From Eledone cirrhosa (taxonomy: Eukaryota), in assembly GCA_964016885.1 (NCBI GenBank), contig OZ024746.1, forward strand, positions 79,918,001 to 79,982,000: a stretch of 64,000 nt of DNA, read 5' to 3'. Every line of letters starts with the position of its first letter. Positions within the stretch are counted from its first letter, which is position 1. Below are positions 56,100 to 64,000 of this stretch, one piece after another. The notes below the pieces were generated by a model that worked only from the letters and a program-made list of their open reading frames with translations, made no database searches and was not told where the DNA came from. A program made the translations under genes and the position numbers.

Positions 56100-56141
<42 letters not shown>

Positions 56142-56262
56142 AGGTGAGTTTTATTGTAGTACAATAAAGCAATGCAGATATCGGATAAGAAGCACTCTAC
56201 AGTTTGTAGGACTGGAGTATACATAATATATAAGATCAAAAGATGGTTAAAGGAGTTCCATG

Positions 56263-56333
56263 TATTTTATTATGCGCATTTCAAAAACAAATATCATCAT
56301 GCAATAACATTTGTGTTTTCATCAGATAAAATA
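56263..56333 (-). ncRNA. Type I hammerhead ribozyme, family A (AUA site)
   Basis: Mirror of 56440-56510. Confidence 0.85.
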
Positions 56334-56439
56334 GGAAGACATGATATGAAGGTTAAAAACACTTGTGGATAGTGCAGTGATATGTTGATTTAAAACTGCA
56401 CTATCCACAAGTGTTTTTAACCTTCATATCATATCTTCC

Positions 56440-56510
56440 TATTTTATCTGATGAAAACACAAATGTTATTGCATGATGATATTTGTTTTTGAAATGCGCA
56501 TAATAAAATA
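56440..56510 (+). ncRNA. Type I hammerhead ribozyme, family A (AUA site, cut after 56502)
   Basis: tattttat-CTGATGA-long helix II-GAAA-tgcgca-TA-ataaaata. Confidence 0.85.
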
Positions 56511-56574
56511 CATGGAACTCATTTAACCATCTTTTGTTCTTATATATTATATATATATATATATATATTGTTAG

Positions 56575-56629
<55 letters not shown>

Positions 56630-56630
<1 letters not shown>

Positions 56631-56850
56631 CTAACGATCGACTTTCGTCAAATCGGACCGAGGAAACAGTGTTTCCATTGGTCTTTCCAATTGCTAATAC
56701 TATCTATCGGTCGCAACTCCAGGTAGAAGGAGCAACGTGAAATAAAGTGTCTTGCTCAAGGACATAACGCATCGCCCGGTCCAGGAATCGAACTCACAAC
56801 CTCACGATTGCGAACTCCAGTTCTCTAACCACTCAGCCACACGCCTTCAC
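56630..56850 (-). mobile_element. tRNA/CORE-like SINE with structured tail, full-length
   Basis: Minus strand gaaggcgtgtggctgagtggttagag...gagttcgattcct. Confidence 0.8.
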
Positions 56851-58455
56851 TTTAGGTAAAGGGACTTTAGCGTTAGGTAAAGGGACCTTAACTCTTGATG
56901 GAGTCGCAGGAGCACCATCTTGATGTATCATGGGTATATAAAACAGGGCAGAGCCAATTTCTTCCAAAGAACGATAGAAAAAATCGACCCCACTATTGGA
57001 CTGTTAGTTAATTTATTTATTGACCTCGAAATGATTAATGGCTAAGTTGACCTTGGCGATTTAAACTCAGAGTGCAGTGAAACGAAACAAATACTGGGAT
57101 ATTTTAATCCAACCTCCTAACAACTCTTCCAATTCGACGGAAGAAAGTAAAGAAAATATGGGATCAGAAGTCAGCCTATCACCTCATACCAGCTTTGTAT
57201 AGTGTATCATGACACGTTCATTTGGTCTTCTAAATTGCTAACAACACGAACATTAATGTCAGAATTCGGAAACTGTACAGAGTTAATGTAGAATTGACCT
57301 GGGTTTCATTTAAACGCGGAGAGCAGAGAACTGGAACAAATACCGAGTTATTAAATTCGACATAATGACTTTACCAATCTATCGCATAGATATCCATACT
57401 AGCAGGTTAAATGATTCTATATTTACTATCTCTCGACTTTTTTCTGCTTAGATCCATGTAATATGTTACAAGAAATTAAATATTGTTGTCTCTATAACAA
57501 TGTTGCATTGATTAATAGATATTTTACACCTAATATCATTGAGCTGTTATGGTACAACAAAATGGAAATTATTGTATTTCGATCTAGATTTCTGTTATAT
57601 ATATATATATCAGTGGTGGGGGAAGTATTTCTGAATTGGGAAGGAGGGTGTGGAGGAGATTTAGTCAATTTCGTTGCAGTGATTAGTTTAGCTCTTTGCA
57701 CTCTAAAGTGGTCAGAAAAGTTCGATACGCGATAAACTTAACGTGTACATAAATTGTAGCGCATATCCAAATAGATATGTGTTTTGGTAGTTTGGGGAGA
57801 AAATATGATTATTGGTGTGTGTGTGGGTGGGTGGGGTGGGGTGGGTGGGGGGGGGGCTCTATCCCAATCACCCTCTTTATATCAATCATTTCCAAACTCT
57901 CCCCTGTCCATCTCTATCATACTCTCTCGTAATAGTTTTCTCTCTATCCATCACAAACTACCATCTCTATATATTTTACGACAATTTCTCATCCAGTCCC
58001 CCTCTGTATATTTAGCAATATTTATCGCTCCCAACGCCCTCTTTATATCTACAAGAATTGAACTCTACCCCTCTTTATATCTACCATACAACACTCTCAT
58101 ATTTTCTTTCACTCTATCCATCACTACCAAACTCTCATGATTTGCATATATGCATATATATATATATGTGTGTGTATGTGTGTGTGTGTGTGTGTGTGAG
58201 CGTGAGTGAGTGTGTGTGTGTGTGTATAAAGGGTAAGGTTATATTTTGATGCACACAGATATACAGATATATTATGAAACATTTCCGTGCGCTGTATATG
58301 ACGGCAAAGCAACTACTGGCGCCATCTAACAACAATTCCTCTTCTTACATACGCATTCTTATTCATAGAAACACATATGCACGTACACACACGTACATAT
58401 AGACATATGCGATAAATGCAAACATACCATCGCTCACTCTCGCGTGTATATAAAC

Positions 58456-58554
<99 letters not shown>

Positions 58555-58657
58555 AGATAGATAGATAAACAAACCGATATATGCATACATACTTGCATGT
58601 AAACACACATACATACATACATACATACATACATACATACATACATACATACATACA

Positions 58658-58750
58658 TTTGCAAAACATTCTTGCGATTCAAGGGATGACAATTTCCTTT
58701 CTTTTACAACCTTGCCACCAGGAAGGTGGCCAGTCAAAAAAATATACTCG
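58658..58750 (+). mobile_element. ~95-bp 3' terminus of the R4/Dong-like element in (CATA)n
   Basis: Near-identical to ~54261-54370. Confidence 0.85.
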
Positions 58751-58867
58751 AAATTAAGAGAAAGAGATAACATACATGCATACGTACATACGTACATTCA
58801 TACATACATACATACATACATACATACATACATACATACATACATACATACATGCATACATACATTC

Positions 58868-59473
58868 ATGGTGGCTGCCAACTCGTTTTCGAGTACGGCC
58901 ACTACTTTATATCCATGTAGGAGAACCCCTACCGATGCGCTGAACGAGTCTGACTTTTTAGTCCAGCCAGCGACTTGAAAACTCTGGTACAAACAGTACA
59001 CCTGTGACAATTATTGATACATAGTGCTGGGCCCATGGTACCATGTGACAAGTGCAGAGAGATCTCCAGATACAAAGCAATGCCTGTGCCGTGAAGCTTT
59101 TATAGTGAGCAAAGGCACTTCACAAAGCCAGTCCCACTCTCTTAACCAAGATGATATTTACCAAAAAGAATAACAAGTCAACATCATTGGATACCATCAG
59201 GGTTGCAGGTGTTATATCAGAGTTTTCCTTCTCCTAGAATTCTGCCTTGACAAAGGCTAAGGGGTCATCTCTCCCGGTGATTTTGGATGGCCATTGACTC
59301 TTAAGAGCCCCTTTGCCTTTTGACAGATTTTGTTTTTAGTCCTGCAGGATGACCAAAGTCACCCTCCTCACCAAGAAACCTTGGTGGGGTTGCCAGTTTA
59401 GTCGCCAACGACCCGACAATGAGACAGGTTGTAATGGGATACATGTTACCAGTAGCACCAACTGGTGACCTAA
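58868..59473 (-). mobile_element. ~600-bp non-coding RTE-UTR-like element
   Basis: Minus strand ctaggagaaggaaaactctgat; homologous to 54819-55752. Confidence 0.6.
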
Positions 59474-59838
59474 CATATATATACATACATATATATATAA
59501 ATACATATATATATACATACCAGTGGTGAAGGGTAACCTGGAAAGCAGGGCATGCAGTCCAATCGCCATGGCGGAAAGTGGGGCTGTGCAGCCTTCCCCC
59601 CCCCCCCCCTTCGCTCTAAATGACCCTACCAGTCAAAGCCGCATTCATACATACATACATACGTACATATGTACATATATACATACATACATACAAATAC
59701 GTACACATTCATAGCTAGTTACATGCATACATCCACAGATGCATCTAGACAAAGATTCAGAAAAGACATCTAAATACACACGCAATCCCATATGCTGCCA
59801 CCACAGACATTGTTACTGACCAAGGGTAAAACATATAC

Positions 59839-59849
<11 letters not shown>

Positions 59850-59871
<22 letters not shown>

Positions 59872-59959
59872 AATGCATATGTATATAAATATATATATAT
59901 ACATATATATACGTTTCTATGTATACATATATATATGCGTATCTATGTATATACATTTA

Positions 59960-60028
<69 letters not shown>

Positions 60029-60069
60029 CGTTCCTTCATCCATTCATTCAATCTCCCCCCCCCTCTCTC

Positions 60070-60106
<37 letters not shown>

Positions 60107-60123
60107 ATATGCATGCATGTATG

Positions 60124-60155
<32 letters not shown>

Positions 60156-60335
60156 AAAGGTAAACAGAAATAACAACACAATCGGTAGAGTATATGGAAG
60201 GGATATATTAGGTTAACGCTTGATATAGCAGGAAGAGGGTCTTCACGTTTCGGACACTAATCCTTCACCAGAAGAAAGAATGATAAATAAAATAGATTGA
60301 GGAGACGAGCGGGTTGGGATTTGAAAAAATGTCTT
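59850..60335 (-). mobile_element. HHR element family K, copy 2 (degenerate HHR at 60240-60275)
   Basis: CTGGTGA...GAAA-cg-TG-aaga. Confidence 0.7.
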
Positions 60336-60512
60336 TAGATAAAAATAACATCTCTTGCAAAAGTGTTGGTGCTGGCGTTTTGTGTATGATTTGTTTTTTA
60401 GAAAAGTGTATGATGGCAGGCGTCTGCCTGAAATGGAAACAATAAGTTATTCCGGGTTGAATCGGAGGTGACCACAGTAAGTAAGGTGCTCAATACATAG
60501 CAGAGTATAAAA

Positions 60513-60783
<271 letters not shown>

Positions 60784-60825
60784 AAACAAGGACGAGTGGT
60801 TACTCCGCCATAACGTTTATTGGTT

Positions 60826-60914
60826 GGTGACGCGCGTTTCGCCAGCGATCAACTCAAGGTTCGCTCTGTATCGACTCTGTAATCCCGACTCTGTAACCCG
60901 CGGCTCGTCAGACC
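60826..60914 (-). ncRNA. Type I hammerhead ribozyme, family N (GUC site)
   Basis: ggt-CTGACGA-gccgcg...cgctggc-GAAA-cgcgcg-TC-acc, then AATAAA. Confidence 0.8.
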
Positions 60915-61083
60915 CTTTTAGTGGTAATGAAAAAATTGTTTTATTTTATTATACTACACTCTGTCTAGCTCCACACCTCGATACAGAAGTGAATCTAAAC
61001 GTCGAGTGCTCACCCGGGTGAACCTACAGTAACTCCGCGACACTCACTGGATATATGTATACATATATATATATATGTGTATG

Positions 61084-61114
<31 letters not shown>

Positions 61115-61122
61115 GTATATAT

Positions 61123-61299
61123 ATAACGAAGGAAATGTGGTAAGGAACCAGGTGGACCATAACGCATCAAAGTAGAGTGGGTAATAGGAACAAGTAAGAC
61201 CCCGACGGCTGAGCTCAAGCCGTTTCGACGGCTAATTCAGTCCAGAATTAGCCGTCGAAACGGCTTGAGCTCAGCCGTCGGGGTCTTACTTGTTCCTAT
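61123..61299. mobile_element. Fold-back element family O, copy 3
   Basis: Same arms; centre with a small deletion. Confidence 0.8.
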
Positions 61300-61300
61300 G

Positions 61301-61339
<39 letters not shown>

Positions 61340-61397
61340 GTGTATGTATATATATATATGTATATATATGTATATATGTATATATATATATATATAA

Positions 61398-61480
<83 letters not shown>

Positions 61481-61503
61481 TACACATATATATATGCATG
61501 CAT

Positions 61504-61540
<37 letters not shown>

Positions 61541-61657
61541 CATACATATATAAATTCATATACAATTATGTACATTAATACAAGCATGCATATACATGTA
61601 TGTATGCAAATATTTTTATACATATGCGTTTGTGTATGTATGTGTGTAAGTGTGCAT

Positions 61658-61717
<60 letters not shown>

Positions 61718-62030
61718 GTGTGTGTGTGTGTGTGTGCATATATAATCCCAAGCTACAAAGTACAGGTCCCCTCTCAATCTTCAGCTTTCACTCCAATGGG
61801 GCGTCTTATTGGTCTTTGAATGGTCTGACATAACTGGCCAGATAATCTTACCTCTATTTCAGATACCATCCGCCATATTTCATCTTGCAGATCGGGATCT
61901 ATCTGCCTATTAGTTTATCGAGTTACTACCAAACGTCTATATTCATTATATACAAATGTGAGTATGTATTTGTATGTGTCTGTCTGTCTGACTGTCTGTC
62001 TGTATGTATGTATGTATGTGTGTGTGTGTA

Positions 62031-62063
<33 letters not shown>

Positions 62064-62162
62064 ATGTATGTATGCATGCATGCATGTATGTACGTACAAA
62101 CGTGTGTATGTATGTGTGCATGTATGTATGTGTGTGTATATATGTGCGTATGTGTTGTGTGT

Positions 62163-62270
62163 AGAAGAAGAAGAAGAAGAAGAAGAAGAAGAAGAAGAAG
62201 AAGAAGAAGAAGAAGAAGAAGAAGAAGAAGAAGAAGAAGAAGAAGAAGAAGAAGAAGAAGAAGAAGAAGA
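62163..62270 (+). repeat. (GAA)n
   Basis: Pure array. Confidence 0.95.
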
Positions 62271-62646
62271 CACGATAATGTAAAATAATGCAGAGCCTGA
62301 AAATTCAATACAATGAAATACTATGTATATATGAACCCGTAACTCCTGTTTCAGTTGTAGAAGCTCTGTCATGATATATAGCGTGACTAGCTAAGCCTCG
62401 TGGATTTCTCCCAGAGAAGTAGAAAGAGAGTAAGAGAGATAGATAGATGAAGAATCGACTACAGTACTAGAATGGTGCGTTTTTTATCAACCTTGATGGG
62501 ATGAAAGCTAAAGTTGAACTCGACGAGATTTAAACTCGAAGCGCAGAGAGTCGCTGCCAATACTGCATAGCATTCTATGCGATGTTATAATGGCTCTGTC
62601 AAGTTGCCGCCTATATGATGCTGTAGAATAAAATTTTAGCTGAAAC

Positions 62647-62844
62647 CAGACCTGCCAACCTCTAAAACCCCAAACGGGAAGTGCCATGCAAAACAAAATG
62701 TCCCAAAACGGGGAGAAATGAGGCAAAATGGAGAGATTTTTTTCATAATGAAAGCTATACCCATTTTCACAAGAGAAGACATCATTCACCCACCCCAAAA
62801 AGAGGCGGGAGATCTTCCGTCGGTCGGGAGAGTTAACAGGTCTG
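62647..62844. mobile_element. MITE with cagacctg TIRs and 6-bp TSD
   Basis: cagacctgccaac / gttaacaggtctg; tgaaac on both sides. Confidence 0.75.
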
Positions 62845-62937
62845 TGAAACTTCATAAATTACGACTAAAATTCACTTTTTACAGATGTTCAAGCAATGAA
62901 AGAAATTAATCAAACGATCTTATATTTATGTATGAAG

Positions 62938-63143
62938 TAATGATTTCTACTATAGGCACAAGGCCAGCAATTTTGGGGGACGGGAAAGTCGATTAAATCG
63001 AAACCAGTGCGTGACTGGTACTGATTTTATTGACCCCGTAAGGATGAAAGGTAAAGTTAACCTCGGCAGGATTTGAACTCAGATCATAAAGAGCCGTAAC
63101 TGTATGCTGCAAAGCATGGCGTCCGACCCTCTACCGATACTGT
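62938..63143 (-). mobile_element. Nin/Deu-like SINE, long form
   Basis: Reverse complement of consensus. Confidence 0.85.
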
Positions 63144-64000
63144 TAGCCCTCTAATGAAATGTAATACGATTAACGTATGATTTATGTATGAAATAATTAT
63201 CGTTGAATATGCATGTTAACAAAGGAAAACGCCTTGAATTTTATGGAGCGCGTAACAGTATTTAAATAAAGTTCTCCGGCTTTCAGATACTAGACATTGC
63301 ATCTTTATATATATATTGTGATAACAAAATCATTAAATGCGAGATGCCCTTTAACGTAAAAAGTTTTACATATTTGTTTAGAGCGTCTACCATTAACAGT
63401 AGAAGGCTGGCTAGTGTTCAAGCATTAGATATTTTTAAATAATTCATCATATATTTCGATTTTATGGTGACAAAATAATATTAGCTTTGAATGGGTGTTT
63501 AAAAATTCCTATTAAATAACAGTCATTTTCTTTGAAATCACATTGATGACAGTTATCGTTGCCATAATTATAAGGTATGCATGTTCTAATACTTTCGAAG
63601 CAGTTTTATAGCTTCTAATATTGTTATGTCTTAAAGACCAAAAATATTTCGGCATACTTGTGTCCAAAGATCGCTTAGGATACTGAAAATTAGGTTGAGG
63701 TCAACGTAATATACTCTTTAAAACTAAGCTATCAGCTGTACTTTAGTCTGATAAACTATCAATTTCGGGGGTTATAAATTATTTTATGAGCAATTTACAC
63801 GGTCAAAACACTTGCATGTACAGGAAGAATTGTTTGAACATAACCATTTGAGAATTTTAATATCAATTTTAGTTATTTCTATAGCAAAATTATATGTACA
63901 ATTGTAACTAAATTCAATATTATTCCTATTAAAATTTTCTCTATTACGATTTTTCGATAATGTCCACAAAGCTTTTGAAATATTGTGCATTATTTTCTGG

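Larger units (their letters stand above)
56179..56548. mobile_element. Fold-back element family A (arms 56226-56378 / 56395-56548)
   Basis: ~153-bp near-perfect inverted repeat between TA arrays. Confidence 0.85.

Overview
AT-rich, microsatellite-dense animal non-coding DNA; the SINE repertoire suggests an octopus/coleoid cephalopod (inference). No host protein-coding gene can be supported, and nearly all listed ORFs are microsatellite artefacts. Coding remnants are all transposon-derived: two R4/Dong-like RLE non-LTR elements plus a 3' fragment, all in (CATA)n; Penelope-like GIY-YIG fragments; and L1/Tx1-like, CRE-like and hAT fragments. The main hidden signal is about two dozen type-I hammerhead ribozyme (HHR) motifs from about 14 unrelated short element families. 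Most lie between (TA)n arrays, many form head-to-head fold-backs, and most have a palindromic minimal helix III. This fits Penelope pseudo-LTR / retrozyme-like non-autonomous elements. All HHR calls come from manual base-pairing; no covariance search was run.
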